The notes: generated from the sequence alone by a model not told the origin. 64,000 nt of DNA from an uncultured Methanosarcinaceae archaeon (GCA_963847185.1 CAWJYV010000001.1:256001-320000); one strand, 5' to 3'. Positions 10,458 through 21,425 are shown, counted from the stretch's first letter. A program made the numbers and translations.

Positions 10458-10568
10458 TTTCCAATTTTTATTTCTTTCCGGTTTCTAATTAGCTCTCTTT
10501 TATCTTTCGTTTTAACCTTTCCAATTTTTATTTATTCCTGATGTCTAATTAGCTCTCTTTTATCTTTC
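10458..10568. repeat. ~50-bp duplication (60-bp period) of the mscS 3' end
   Basis: TTTCCAATTTTTATTT...TCTAATTAGCTCTCTTTTATCTTTC occurs at about 10458 and 10518. Confidence 0.8.
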
Positions 10569-11662
10569 AACAGGCTCCTCAAATCCTCTTTATCCGGAGA
10601 AATTGTTTTATTGATCTCTCTAGTCTTTTCAAGGTCTGTTTTATATACGATAGTCCTGTACGGATACGGAATCTCTATTCCTTCCTTATCGAAGCGCTTT
10701 TTAATGGCTTCTCTAATTGCACATCCTGAACTGTATGCAATGCTCCTGTCCTTGAACCATACAAGCATGCGGAGATTTACTGCAAAGTCTCCCAGCTCAG
10801 TGACGTTTACTTTAACTTCTCCTCTTTCACGGAAATCAGGGTCCACGGCATGGAGTACAGGTGAGTCAAAAAATCCAACTTTAAGGGTTTCGGATTTTAT
10901 GAAACTGGGTTTTACTACGCTATATTTCAGTTCCTGGGGAGGCATAACATTCGGATGCTTCCTGGCTTCTTCAATCATTATTTTTCTTGCCAGATCAATG
11001 TCGGTATCATAGCTTATTCCTACATCTATCGGCCAGATTACCGCAGGGTCTTCGATTGTCCAGTTAATTATTGCCTCATTGCTAATTATGGAATTTGGGA
11101 TGATAAGGCGCCTGTTATCCCAGGTTATAATGACGGTATGCCTGAGGTTAAGGTCTGTGACTTTCCCGTACTCGTTCATTATATTCAGCCGGTCTCCAAC
11201 TCTGAAGGGTTGAAAAAGTGCGAGGGAAAGACCTGCAATTATGTTGCTCAACGTACTCTGGGCTGCAAAACCGAGAACAATACCTGCAATTCCTGCCCCA
11301 GTAAAGAGAGCAACAGAGAGGCTGCGAAGCCCAGGGATGCTGAATATAACAACAATAATTCCCAGGAAATAGATTGCTGCAATCGTGATGTGTCTGAACA
11401 TTCGAAAAGCGGTTGTGTTCATGCGGAGTTTGCTGCTTGCTTTTTTAAAGTAGCTCTCCATCAGGCGGTTTACAGTACGTGCAATGATAATGGTACTCAA
11501 TCCAACAAAAAGTATGAACAAAAGCGTACCGATATTAGTTGAAAACCATGCAAATGCCTGCTCTAATCCTTTGTCAACATAGGACATATTTGCTGCAAAA
11601 GAAGAGTTTTGTACTAAAGAGGGTTGGGTTTCAGGGGTTTCCATGTCCTGCAGTTTTGACAA
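10532..11662 (-). CDS. mscS: Mechanosensitive ion channel, MscS family (likely start ATG 11644)
   Basis: TM helices, GFAAQSTLSNIIAG, QPFRVGD, IIPNS, VGISYDTD, EGIEIPYP. Confidence 0.93.
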   Translation of the reverse strand: MSKLQDMETPETQPSLVQNSSFAANMSYVDKGLEQAFAWFSTNIGTLLFILFVGLSTIIIARTVNRLMESYFKKASSKLRMNTTAFRMFRHITIAAIYFLGIIVVIFSIPGLRSLSVALFTGAGIAGIVLGFAAQSTLSNIIAGLSLALFQPFRVGDRLNIMNEYGKVTDLNLRHTVIITWDNRRLIIPNSIISNEAIINWTIEDPAVIWPIDVGISYDTDIDLARKIMIEEARKHPNVMPPQELKYSVVKPSFIKSETLKVGFFDSPVLHAVDPDFRERGEVKVNVTELGDFAVNLRMLVWFKDRSIAYSSGCAIREAIKKRFDKEGIEIPYPYRTIVYKTDLEKTREINKTISPDKEDLRSLLKDKRELIRHQE

Positions 11663-11716
11663 GAGGCTTTAAATAAATACTGATTTAAAATAGGTTAAAA
11701 GTTATGAGGAGACTAA

Positions 11717-12413
11717 GAGCCTATCCGAAGAGTCATATGGCATCGAGTATATCAACCTGGTTATACTGCATATACTTTCTGTTTTATGGTATAGCTATCG
11801 TAACTGTTGCGTTGGACACAGTACATTTCGAATAGGATTTAAGCAGAACTATTCTGCACCATCTGTATGAGGTTGCCACAAGTGTCATCAAATACGGCAA
11901 TGATTGTTGTTTCCATTTTTGTTGGTTCTTGAGCAAATTTCACGCCAATTTTTTTCATTCGTTCGTATTCTTTTTGAATATCGTCCACGAAAAAAACTGT
12001 TAATGGTATCCCCTGATTATAAAGTGCCATTTGGAATGTTCTAGCAGCTGAATTATCGTTTGGCTCAAGAAGTAATTCAGTACCTTCAGGTTCCTCTGGA
12101 GAGACAACTGTTAACCACTTGAATTCCCCCACTGGTATATCGGTTTTCTTAACGAAGCCCAAAATCTCAGTATAAAAATTAAGAGCCTTATCCTGATCAT
12201 CTACAAGTACACTGGTTAACTTAATTCTCATATTTGCTTCCTCGAAAATATCTAATTCTATTTATAGAGTCTTCTTTGGTTTACTTAAGATGTTTACAGC
12301 TTTCCAAAGAGTAAAATAGCACGTTGTTAATTTCTCATTAGATAGAATATATCACTGTCGGTTATATTATTCCAATTTTAATAATAGTAGTTCACAACAC
12401 TTTTCGGATAGCT
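11717..12413. mobile_element. Possible non-autonomous IS5-like element carrying the VOC gene
   Basis: GAGCCTATCCGAAGAGT (11717-11733) and ACTTTTCGGATAGCT (12399-12413) are near-inverted copies bracketing the VOC gene. Confidence 0.45.
11839..12231 (-). CDS. VOC (glyoxalase/bleomycin resistance) family protein
   Basis: SVLVDDQDKALNFYTEILGF...WLTVVSP...ELLLEP...FDDTCGNLIQ. Confidence 0.92.
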   Translation of the reverse strand: MRIKLTSVLVDDQDKALNFYTEILGFVKKTDIPVGEFKWLTVVSPEEPEGTELLLEPNDNSAARTFQMALYNQGIPLTVFFVDDIQKEYERMKKIGVKFAQEPTKMETTIIAVFDDTCGNLIQMVQNSSA

Positions 12414-12593
12414 ATAAGTGTCTCAATGTATCTCAAAAAAGAGTGCACGAAATCTTATAAAAAAGAATGGACAAACCCAATAAAAACTCCAGTAATCTAA
12501 ACAAAAAGGGCTGACAAAATTTGCAAAAGAGTATCGGAAAAATAATAGGTCATTTTCTGCATGCGATTATCCATAGTTTAAAAAAGTATTTAA

Positions 12594-12615
12594 GCCCCGC
12601 AGATTTCTGCGGGGT
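12594..12615. terminator. GC-rich hairpin CCCCGCAG-ATTT-CTGCGGGG
   Basis: Perfect 8-bp stem in an AT-rich intergenic region. Confidence 0.45.
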
Positions 12616-12717
12616 ATTAACCTGAAAAATGTATATGTTTGGTATTGCTATGTCATTTATTTCATTTGCTGGAAGAACTAAATTACTTTCGTTCACGCTT
12701 TTTTTGCCTTTAACGCT

Positions 12718-12786
12718 TTAGTTTTCTCCCATTTCTTTTCGGAATTCTATGTAGTCAATCTCGACTTCTTCAAGTTCGTATTCCAT
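12718..12786 (-). CDS. Putative 22-aa acidic small protein
   Basis: MEYELEEVEIDYIEFRKEMGEN*; GGGGGA SD-like motif upstream; GC hairpin downstream at about 12594-12615. Confidence 0.45.
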   Translation of the reverse strand: MEYELEEVEIDYIEFRKEMGEN

Positions 12787-13004
12787 TTTATCCCCCTATT
12801 TGTGGTTATAATAACAGTATTTTATTATTCTATTTGTTTATTTATGGAAATTTTTAATTAAAATTTCCTCTGATCCCCGTTTTGAAAAATGCTCTAAACT
12901 TATATAAAGTTTTCTGTCAACCAATGTATCATATTATTCTCTATTTAAAGTTAACATTTATTTGTCTTAATTACAATACTGTATGTCTGATTAGATATTT
13001 TTAA

Positions 13005-14228
13005 ATGAAACTTGTTGTATTTTCTGTTTTCATGCATAAAAGTTCAAAACCTGAACTCGTTCTGGGCATCAGGAATCTCGCAGGGCTTGAGGCCTGTTAC
13101 CATTATGCTGATGCTGTTTATTTCTCTACCGATAAGCTCAGCCTGAGGGCAAAAGCAAAAGAGATTACTCTGGAAAATCTCGACGATTTTGTTTCTGAGG
13201 TGAAGTACAGAGGACTGAGAGCTTATCTGGCTCTAAACTCAACAGTAAATGAAGACAGACTTGAAGATGTATCCGATGTTGTAAATGCAGCAGTAAAGGC
13301 AGAAATAGATGCCGTCATTGCCTGGGATCCTGCTGTGATTCTTAGAGCACGGAAAGCCGGGCTCAGAGTTCATATATCCACGCAGGCAAATGTTACTAAC
13401 CATGAAACTGCAGAATTTTATAAAACTGTGGGGGCAGAGCGCATCGTATTTTCGAGGGAGCTTTCCCTTAAAGAAATCAGGAAAATCAGCCAGCGGACAG
13501 AAATAGAGATTGAAGCCTTTGTCCACGGCGCGATGTGCATGGCGATTTCAGGAAGGTGTCATCTCTCGGCTTATGCGCTGGGTAAATCCGGGAATTGTGG
13601 GGAGTGCACCCAACCCTGTCGCTGGGAGTGGGAGCTTCATGGAGAGAACGGGCTTGTTGCAGAAAGCTTCGGAAAATACCTCCTTAGCGCAAAAGACCTC
13701 TGTATGATAGGGCACATTCCGGAACTTATTGAAACCGGAATTAGCTCTTTTAAGATCGAAGGAAGGCTTAGGGACCCCGTTTATCTTGAGACTGTTTCCC
13801 GCTGCTACAGGGAGGCAATTAATGCCTTTAAGGAAGGAGATTATACTCCGGAAAAAGTGAAGGTCTGGGAACGTGAACTGGCTTCTGTCTATAATAGGGG
13901 GTTTTCTACGGGTTTTTACTTTGGGGTTCCTGGTCTCGAAGGCTTTTCGTCTGAAAAAAATATGAATATGTCTGAAAAGAAGCGTCGAGCTGTGGGAGTT
14001 GTTGAGAACTATTATCCAAAAAAACAGGCTGCAGCAATCAGGCTTCTCGAAGAAGGAATTGGAGTTGGAGACAAAATATTAATTGAAGGAAGCACAACAT
14101 ATCTGAAGCAGCAGGTTAGTTCTCTAAAAAAAGATGGCAAAGACCTTAAAAGAGCTGAAAAAGGGGATGAAGTGGGCCTTTCTGTTGACGGTATAGTAAG
14201 GAGAAATGATCGTATTTTCATAATTTAA
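13005..14228 (+). CDS. Peptidase U32 family protein (Fe-S, probable RNA-hydroxylation type); likely start ATG 13032
   Basis: ADAVYF, HISTQANVTN, SRELSL, EAFVHGAMCMAISGRCHLS, GECTQPCR, SFKIEGR. Confidence 0.92.
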   Translation: MKLVVFSVFMHKSSKPELVLGIRNLAGLEACYHYADAVYFSTDKLSLRAKAKEITLENLDDFVSEVKYRGLRAYLALNSTVNEDRLEDVSDVVNAAVKAEIDAVIAWDPAVILRARKAGLRVHISTQANVTNHETAEFYKTVGAERIVFSRELSLKEIRKISQRTEIEIEAFVHGAMCMAISGRCHLSAYALGKSGNCGECTQPCRWEWELHGENGLVAESFGKYLLSAKDLCMIGHIPELIETGISSFKIEGRLRDPVYLETVSRCYREAINAFKEGDYTPEKVKVWERELASVYNRGFSTGFYFGVPGLEGFSSEKNMNMSEKKRRAVGVVENYYPKKQAAAIRLLEEGIGVGDKILIEGSTTYLKQQVSSLKKDGKDLKRAEKGDEVGLSVDGIVRRNDRIFII

Positions 14229-14578
14229 TTAAAATATTATAACAGTATCTATTTATTAGATTCCTCCTATACGGATAACAAATTACAGGAAAGAGTCAAT
14301 TATAAAATTCCGGTAATAATTTCGATCGGCTGGACACCTTTCTATCAACAAATACTCTGTCTTTAACCCCGATTGGCCGACAAACCTTCACCCGGGTTAA
14401 CTGTTCCGATTAATACGGTCCTCTGATCGATAAACGATTGTTGATTGGAAATATTCTTGATGATAATATATCTGACCGATAAACAGTCCTCATGCATCAT
14501 GAAGACTCCTCTAAGGATTATTTTCTGGCTGAATGAGAACATTCTCCTGTTTATTCCAGAACTAGTAAAGGTGATACT

Positions 14579-15544
14579 TTGATAAGCGTCAATGAAATGG
14601 GATCCTACGTTATAGAAGAAATGCTCGACTGGAGCGAAGACCTGAAAACCGAAGTCACAAAGCTCGAAAACGGAGCTACAATAATTGACTGTGGAGTTAA
14701 AGCTGAAGGCGGATATGAAGCCGGAATGTATCTGGCAAGGCTCTGTCTGGCTGACCTTGCTGATCTTAAATACACCACCTTTGACTTGAAGGGACTTAAC
14801 TGGCCTGCCATCCAGGTAGCAACTGACAACCCCGTAATTGCCTGTATGGCTTCCCAGTATGCAGGCTGGAGAATTTCTGTTGGGAACTATTTTGGAATGG
14901 GCTCAGGTCCTGCACGTGCACTCGGTTTAAAACCAAAAGAACTCTATGAGGAGATAGGATATGAGGATGACTTTGAAGCCGCAGTCCTGGTAATGGAATC
15001 TGACAAACTTCCTGATGAGAAGGTTGTTGAGTATATTGCAAAGCACTGCAGCGTAGATCCCGAAAACGTAATGATTGCTGTTGCCCCTACGGCCTCAATT
15101 GCAGGTTCAGTCCAGATTTCGGCCAGAGTTGTAGAAACCGGAATTCACAAATTTGAATCCATAGGGTTTGACATTAACTGCATTAAGAGCGGATACGGCG
15201 TTGCTCCTATTGCTCCTGTTGTAGGAAACGATGTGCAGTGCATGGGCTCAACCAATGACTGCGTAATTTACTGCGGCGAAACCAACTACACAGTGCGCTT
15301 TGATGGGGAACTGGCAGAACTAGAAGAGTTCGTAAAGAAAGTTCCTTCAACGACTTCCAGTGACTTCGGGAAACCATTCTACCAGACCTTCAAGGCAGCA
15401 AACTTTGACTTCTTCAAGGTTGATGCAGGCATGTTCGCACCTGCCAGACTTACTGTAAACGACCTCAAGAGCACAAAAACCATAACTAGCGGTGGACTTT
15501 ATCCGGAAATTCTTCTCCAGTCCTTCGGAATAAGGCAGGTATAA
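14579..15544 (+). CDS. mch: Methenyltetrahydromethanopterin cyclohydrolase
   Basis: ISVNEMG...IDCGV...[10 protein letters not shown]...MGSGPARAL...[20 protein letters not shown]...[13 protein letters not shown]; TTG start with GGTGAT SD. Confidence 0.97.
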   Translation: MISVNEMGSYVIEEMLDWSEDLKTEVTKLENGATIIDCGVKAEGGYEAGMYLARLCLADLADLKYTTFDLKGLNWPAIQVATDNPVIACMASQYAGWRISVGNYFGMGSGPARALGLKPKELYEEIGYEDDFEAAVLVMESDKLPDEKVVEYIAKHCSVDPENVMIAVAPTASIAGSVQISARVVETGIHKFESIGFDINCIKSGYGVAPIAPVVGNDVQCMGSTNDCVIYCGETNYTVRFDGELAELEEFVKKVPSTTSSDFGKPFYQTFKAANFDFFKVDAGMFAPARLTVNDLKSTKTITSGGLYPEILLQSFGIRQV

Positions 15545-15581
15545 AGAGTAATGTAGATATAAAGGGCAGATGCCCTTTTAT

Positions 15582-15641
15582 TTCTGTTTTGTTCTCTTCT
15601 GTTTTGTTCTCTTCTGTTTTGTTCTCTCTTCTGTTTTGTTC
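15582..15641. repeat. 15-bp tandem repeat (TTCTGTTTTGTTCTC, about 4 copies) downstream of mch
   Basis: Directly visible in the sequence. Confidence 0.85.
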
Positions 15642-16830
15642 AATTTTCGGTTTAATCTCTTTTTCGATCTCATTTTTCACTTTATTTTCGTCTATTAGCT
15701 TAGATACCTCAAAGAGAAAATGGTTTTCCTGATCTTGGAAACAGAAAACTGCGGAGCTCAACGGAGAGATTGCATAAAATAGACAAGCTATGAAGTGGAC
15801 TGACTTCAGACATATGACAGAGAATAACATGGGCAAGTCGGATATTTCCATCAGAACTTTCTAAGGATTTGGTTAAAAAGTTGGAAAAAAATGAATTACC
15901 TGTTTGGAAGTATCTTAAAGATTTACAAAGTGATAGCAGTAATATGTATAAACTGATAGGTACACAAATAAAATTGATTTTAACATTCGATAAGTGATAT
16001 AAAAATGCAAATATTGAGCTTAATATCTTATATGGCCTGCTAAAATAATACTTACTTTATTTAATGTATTTTTATGGAATTGTATTTATTTAATGAGCTG
16101 AAGCCACAAACTTTGAAAATCCGTTATAATCTTTATAATTGTGGAAGATATCTGGATAGCTTATGAATACCGTACCAAAAAGTATTATTTAATCTTATGA
16201 AATTGAAAAATGTAACAAGCACATTATGCAATTAATGTAAAACTATACTTTTACATATTTATATTAAGGAATAATTATGTATTAAATTATTTAATATGAC
16301 AAGTAATCATTGAAAAAAGAACTCTAGAATTGTGTCAAACGTATATTACATAACGAAAACAGGTACTGTTAGCTATAATATTCTAATCTAAATTCTTTTA
16401 ATCCTCTCAAAACTTTTCCTAAAAATCATGTTCATTTATATCCTAGAAAGTCCAAAAAAGTATAAAAAATTATAATTGTTCGGAAAACTGTATGAACTAA
16501 TTTCGTAAAGTACCAAAAATACTTTATAGTAGTACCACATAAGCCATGTTTGTCAACTCAGGAATTCAATAATAGTTGAATTAAGTCTTTTGAATGGAAT
16601 CTTTTCGGAAGAGAGTTGACCTGGCTAAAAGCCGTGACCAATAAAATAAGAGGCATTGACCAGAAGGGGTAATATCCCATGGTCAGTAGCAAATTTTGAG
16701 TAGGAGAAGCCAAAACTTCTCATGTCCGGCCACCTCCGATGACCAGTCCCTAGAAAGTGATTGGAGAGTGGAGACTCTGTGTGTAACTTGTCCGCCCCAC
16801 ATAAATCGCAGAGAACCGAATTGGATAAGG

Positions 16831-16964
16831 TTCAAAAATATTACGCAGACGTAATATGAATTTTTGAATGACAGTATAGAGCCGACCTGATTAGAGTATC
16901 TAACCCCTAATTAGATATGACTGGATATGTCGGAAAAAATGTATTACGAGTACGTAATGAATTT
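16831..16964. promoter_or_regulatory. Two copies of the palindrome ATTACG-N4-CGTAAT in the upstream region of the beta-helix gene
   Basis: ATATTACGCAGACGTAATAT (16838-16857) and ATTACGAGTACGTAAT (16943-16958), each followed by GAATTTT. Confidence 0.5.
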
Positions 16965-17034
16965 TAAGAAAATACTTGGGAAAAAGTATACAGTTACCCT
17001 ATAACTTTGACTATACTTCAACCCTACAACGATC

Positions 17035-17139
17035 CAACCCAAAGGTGATACAATGCTGAGAAAACAGCTAGGAAACCCTATTCCTGGTAACATACCCTAC
17101 TTAGGCAACCGTATCGGCTTTGGGAAAAACATACAATAA
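17035..17139 (+). pseudogene. Decayed duplicate of the RBS/start/signal-peptide segment of the downstream gene (28-aa uORF 17053-17139)
   Basis: CAACCCAAAGGTGATACAATGCTGAGAAAACAGCTAGGAAACCCTATTCCTGGT versus CAACCCAAAGGTGATACGATGCTAAAAAGACAACTAGGGACCCTATTCCTGGT at 17179. Confidence 0.75.
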
Positions 17140-17196
17140 CCCAAAAAAGATTTTGAGTAAGCTCGAAATCTAAAAACTCAACCCAAAGGTGATACG

Positions 17197-18084
17197 ATGC
17201 TAAAAAGACAACTAGGGACCCTATTCCTGGTCACATGCCTTATTTTAACAACCGTACCGACTGTATTTGGCGCTCAAAGTACACAAGTGATAACTGTTGC
17301 CGGAGATGGAAGCGGAAACTACAATGTTGATGGAAAAGACGATCACGTGCAAATTAACCAGGCTCTTGAATATGCAGCAAATAATCCAGGTACAACTGTC
17401 CACCTCAAAGGCCCATTTACATATGACATCGGCGATTCTCTTATGCTTGGCAGCAACACAATCCTTGAAGGTGATTCCAGCGTAACAATTAAACTTGCCA
17501 AAGGATTGCCAGCATGGGGTGGTCGAGAGAGCAGCATTTCAGAAAAGAAAGCCATGCTCATGATTAGAGGCAACTCTGCAAATGATGTCACAATTAGAGG
17601 CTTTACTGTTGATGGCAGTCAGTCAGACTACTATCCTAGCGTCAGGCTTGGAACTTCCATGTACAACATGGCAACACTCATAGGTGTTAACGGGCTAACA
17701 ATTGAGAAAGTTACATTCCAGAATGGTTGTAACGATGCGATGCTTATCTCAAAATCCAGCAACATAATGATAGACACAGTAACTGTAAACAAATGTGGGC
17801 ATGATGGTGTATATGCCTATCATGTAACTGGAATTACAGTTAAGAATTCCAAATTTATTAACCGGACTAACTCATCCATTAGATTAGATTCCGCTACCGA
17901 TGGAGTGATTACAAATAATGACTGTACCACGTCTGGCGGTGGATATGCAGGTGTAGAATTACAGGGAACTCTTAAAAACATAGAAATCTATGGCAACTAT
18001 TTCCATGACTTACCTGTTGATCCAATAGTACACTTAAACACAAATGAATCTAATGTGAAAATCCACGACAACAGAATCGAGTAA
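17197..18084 (+). CDS. Secreted right-handed parallel beta-helix (pectin-lyase-like) cell-surface protein
   Basis: Signal peptide MLKRQLGTLFLVTCLILTTVPTVFG; VAGDGSGNYNVDGKDDHVQINQAL; repeated Asn-ladder beta-helix rungs. Confidence 0.85.
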   Translation: MLKRQLGTLFLVTCLILTTVPTVFGAQSTQVITVAGDGSGNYNVDGKDDHVQINQALEYAANNPGTTVHLKGPFTYDIGDSLMLGSNTILEGDSSVTIKLAKGLPAWGGRESSISEKKAMLMIRGNSANDVTIRGFTVDGSQSDYYPSVRLGTSMYNMATLIGVNGLTIEKVTFQNGCNDAMLISKSSNIMIDTVTVNKCGHDGVYAYHVTGITVKNSKFINRTNSSIRLDSATDGVITNNDCTTSGGGYAGVELQGTLKNIEIYGNYFHDLPVDPIVHLNTNESNVKIHDNRIE

Positions 18085-18638
18085 GTATTCTATATAAACT
18101 CGATTAAATAGATAGTTTGGAAAAACTATTGCTAGAAAAACAGATGTAGTTTGGAAAAACTACTGTTAGAAGAATGTATATTCTTCGCTGAATTATAAAG
18201 TAATAAACTGAAGAAGTGACCGGAGTAGCACCTCCGTCCTTCCTTTTAATTTTAATTCTGCTTTTGATGTGATTTTGCGTTTCTGCTATCTTTTTTCTAT
18301 TGAGTTGTTTCTGTTACATTTAAAGACCTTTGCTTCTTGAAATACGCTGCCGAGAGTCTTATTAAATATAAAATATAGTCATCGCGGTAAGCCTATTAAT
18401 TTTCTGTTTTTTGGTATTCTAGTTTCACGAGTATTTTTGGTTATCTTTAGTACCTATTCTGTGAAATTAATATGATAATAATCTTTAGTTGAAAATATAT
18501 TGGCTTTGAGATAAGAAAGGCTTTTAACTCAACCTATTTAAGGTAACGACCCCAATCTTATTTCAGAAACAAAAAGTGCTACAAATATATGCTTAAAAAA
18601 CAAGATTTTAACGAAAGGTCAATAAGGAGAAAAGTTTT

Positions 18639-19106
18639 ATGCCAATAATAAATACATCTCAAGGAGTAGGAGGCATTCTGAACAGTTTCAAGAGCATTGT
18701 GGAAGGAGCAGAAAAGATTACTTTTGTGGGAACCCCTGGTTTCTGTACCCCCTTTGCCGAACTTCTCAGTTTTGTAGTAAGAGATAGAAAACTTGCTTTT
18801 GTTTCCAACATGGATTTTGGGAAAGCGCGATCAATCCTGATGACTCCCGAGGGCATGCAGCTTGGAGAGCTCACGGATGCACACGCTGATGTTGTTGTCC
18901 TCCTGGGAGGGCTTGCTATGCCAAAAATGGGAACAAGCCCTGAAAAAGCGATAGAAATTTCCAGAAAGGTTCTCGAAAACTCGGGAAAAAAGAAGGTTAT
19001 AGGAGTATGTTTTCAGTCTATGTTTACGCAGCAGAAATGGGATGAGATAATCAGTTTTGATTACATTATCAATTCAGATCTGGCTGTCGAAGTACTTGAA
19101 ACTTGA
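18639..19106 (+). CDS. DUF2124 family protein (methanogen-specific)
   Basis: FVGTPGFCTPFAELLSF...VLLGGLAMPK...IGVCFQSMF...FDYII. Confidence 0.85.
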   Translation: MPIINTSQGVGGILNSFKSIVEGAEKITFVGTPGFCTPFAELLSFVVRDRKLAFVSNMDFGKARSILMTPEGMQLGELTDAHADVVVLLGGLAMPKMGTSPEKAIEISRKVLENSGKKKVIGVCFQSMFTQQKWDEIISFDYIINSDLAVEVLET

Positions 19107-19256
19107 GAGATTCTACAATTTGATTGATTTTCGGGCTTATTTCAGAACTGTTGTCCTGAAATTATTGAAACCACTATTATTTTCTTTCTTATTTAAACAT
19201 GAAATCAACACGGACAACAAGCAATTTTTCATATTTCAAAATCCGATTTATCCTTC

Positions 19257-19814
19257 ATGGCTGCCTTATGGTCCCAATCTCATAATCTTGGAATAAAACA
19301 AAAAGCTTTTTCCTGGAGAATGGACAGACATGGAAACATCTTCATAAAGAGGAAGTTCAGGAGAGGCCGATTTCCAAAGATTGATAAAATTAGCTGTAGC
19401 TATCTCGATAAGCTCTGCAAGTTCATGCAGGATATTGAGTGGAAAGGTCTTTCAAATGATGTCTCCAAGTTGTATACAGGAACTGAAAAAGAAGGTATCG
19501 GAAAATTCCTGTACAGACTCAGGCCAGAAATTCAGTATGCTCAACTCTCTAGCCATTTAGGAGCTATTTTTTACTTCTCTGAAGTATGGAAATGGAACGG
19601 GCAGAAAAGGGGTATGAAGTTTCTGTTGCTTTCAGAGGATTGGCAGGAAAATACACTGATATATTACAGGAATTCGCTGAACGCTGAAAAAGGAGGCAGT
19701 TTTCTGGATAGTTTCCTTGAAAACACGGAAGGAAAAGAACAAAAGCAGGAAGCAAAAGAAGAAACGACTCCGGAAGTCAAGCAGACAAAACTTTCAGCAT
19801 TTTTCAATATTTAA
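19257..19814 (+). CDS. Hypothetical protein
   Basis: 185-aa ORF with coding-like composition; LSNDVSKL..GTEKEGIGKFLY...AQLSSHLGAIF. Confidence 0.7.
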   Translation: MAALWSQSHNLGIKQKAFSWRMDRHGNIFIKRKFRRGRFPKIDKISCSYLDKLCKFMQDIEWKGLSNDVSKLYTGTEKEGIGKFLYRLRPEIQYAQLSSHLGAIFYFSEVWKWNGQKRGMKFLLLSEDWQENTLIYYRNSLNAEKGGSFLDSFLENTEGKEQKQEAKEETTPEVKQTKLSAFFNI

Positions 19815-19971
19815 AGGAATATTATAGAAAATTTTAAAATAGTCATGTTACTTTAAAGTTTTTAAATTCAACACTTCTTGAAAAGTAGTTTTATAAATTT
19901 GATAAGTAAATATTATAACAGGAAAATATTATATGTATAACTGGGCGAATAGTTAAAGAGCAGGAGAAAAA

Positions 19972-20610
19972 ATGATAGCCGAAAACCTCGGGTTTTTCAT
20001 CTATACTTTCACATCCATGTTTGTGGTTGTCAGTCCAATCAGTGGAGTAGTGACTTTCATCTCCCTGACCAGCAAGATGACACAAGAGGAAAAAAACAAA
20101 ATCGCAAAAAAAGCAGTCATGCTGGCATGTTTTATTGCTCTTTCTTTTGCAATCACAGGAAGCTTTATACTTAATCTCTTCAGCATTAGTGTGGATTCAC
20201 TGCGGGTTGCCGGAGGGCTCCTGCTTTTCAGCATTGCCTTTGACATGATGCATGCTAAGGTTTCAAGAGAGAGTATTACTGATGAAGAAATTTCTCAGTC
20301 TATGGAACGAGAGGATATCTGGGTTTTTCCTATAGGTCTTCCGCTCCTTACAGGTCCGGGTACGATCAGTACTGTCATTGTTCTTATGGGTGGGGCAGAA
20401 ACCATCGAGCAAAAAATAATGATTCTTGCAGCAATTATACTGACATTTATTTTCTGTCTGTATATCTTCCTTTTCTCAAGGAGGATTCACAAACTTATTG
20501 GATATAACGGAATGCTAGTCTTTACAAGGTTGATGGGCCTGTTGCTTGCAGCTCTTGCAGTGGACCTGACTGCTCTGGGGATAATAAACATATTCCATTT
20601 AACAGTCTGA
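19972..20610 (+). CDS. MarC family integral membrane protein
   Basis: FVVVSPISG, SLRVAGGLLLF, VFPIGLPLLTGPGTIS, RLMGLLLAALAV. Confidence 0.93.
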   Translation: MIAENLGFFIYTFTSMFVVVSPISGVVTFISLTSKMTQEEKNKIAKKAVMLACFIALSFAITGSFILNLFSISVDSLRVAGGLLLFSIAFDMMHAKVSRESITDEEISQSMEREDIWVFPIGLPLLTGPGTISTVIVLMGGAETIEQKIMILAAIILTFIFCLYIFLFSRRIHKLIGYNGMLVFTRLMGLLLAALAVDLTALGIINIFHLTV

Positions 20611-20630
20611 AATAAAATAATTAATTTAAC

Positions 20631-21425
20631 GGCTCTGTAGAAATCCTCTAAATATTATTTTGTCCAAAAATATTATGAAAACAGGGTTGTAAAATTGCTT
20701 CTTAATTTTTTGTCCTCACAAAAAACGAAGGAGCATCCTATATTGAAATCAAATAAGTATATTAAATTTGTTGATTTCAGTCTGAAAGCTGTCCAGTCTT
20801 CCAGACTGAACGTTTATTCTTTATATTCTTACGTGGTTGAACTGAATAATCAATACCTTGAAATCAACCTAAAGTACATCAGATTTATTGAGTTATGTCT
20901 ATTAATCTTGATTTTAAACCTCAAGTGCGTAAGTCCTATTCTTGTAAGTATTCCAAACGTGTTTATATCCAGCATCAACTTCCAGTTCTTATTTTATTGA
21001 AGAAATATATAAGTACAGATTATCGCGATTTTATAGAACTCATTGATCTTATGAGTGATATAAACGAAAAACTGAACCTTGAAAAAACTCCTTATTTCAC
21101 TACCCTTCAAAAATTTGCACCCAGAGTTCTCTCTTCTTTGTTTGACCAGATTCAATCAAGGATTCTAAAGCTGTTTTACTTACACGGAGAGAACATTTCC
21201 ATTGCAGGAATTGACACAACAGGATTTACGAGTTCTTATGCAAGCCATTATTATTCACGAAGAACAGGGAAGCTCCGGCGGAGCTTCCTGAAAACTTCAC
21301 TATCAGTAGACACAATAATAAAAGCCTTGAAGATAAGATTTACAACGGCCTTACAGATTCTAAAAAAGAGAAGTGCAGGAAGCTTTGTGAGCAGTGGAAC
21401 ACTACTCGCTCTTATCCTGGTGTAA
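20631..21425 (+). pseudogene. IS5-family transposase remnant, interrupted by a MITE and truncated
   Basis: End-like GGCTCTGTAGAAAT at 20631. LKSNKYIKF...SRLNVYS joins [13 protein letters not shown]...DYRDFIE...FTTLQKF...IDTTGF once the MITE is removed; C-terminal DDE residues are absent. Confidence 0.8.
20822..20938. mobile_element. MITE family B copy inserted in the IS5 transposase (5-bp TSD TTCTT)
   Basis: Matches the 44057 and 52176 copies (CTTACGTGGTTGAACTGAATAATCAA ... CCTCAAGTGCGTAAGTCCTA); TTCTT on both flanks. Confidence 0.85.

Noticed and set aside
15486-15851. 121-aa minus-strand ORF with ENKTE repeats
   Set aside because: It is a translation of the 15-bp intergenic tandem repeat and overlaps the mch 3' end.
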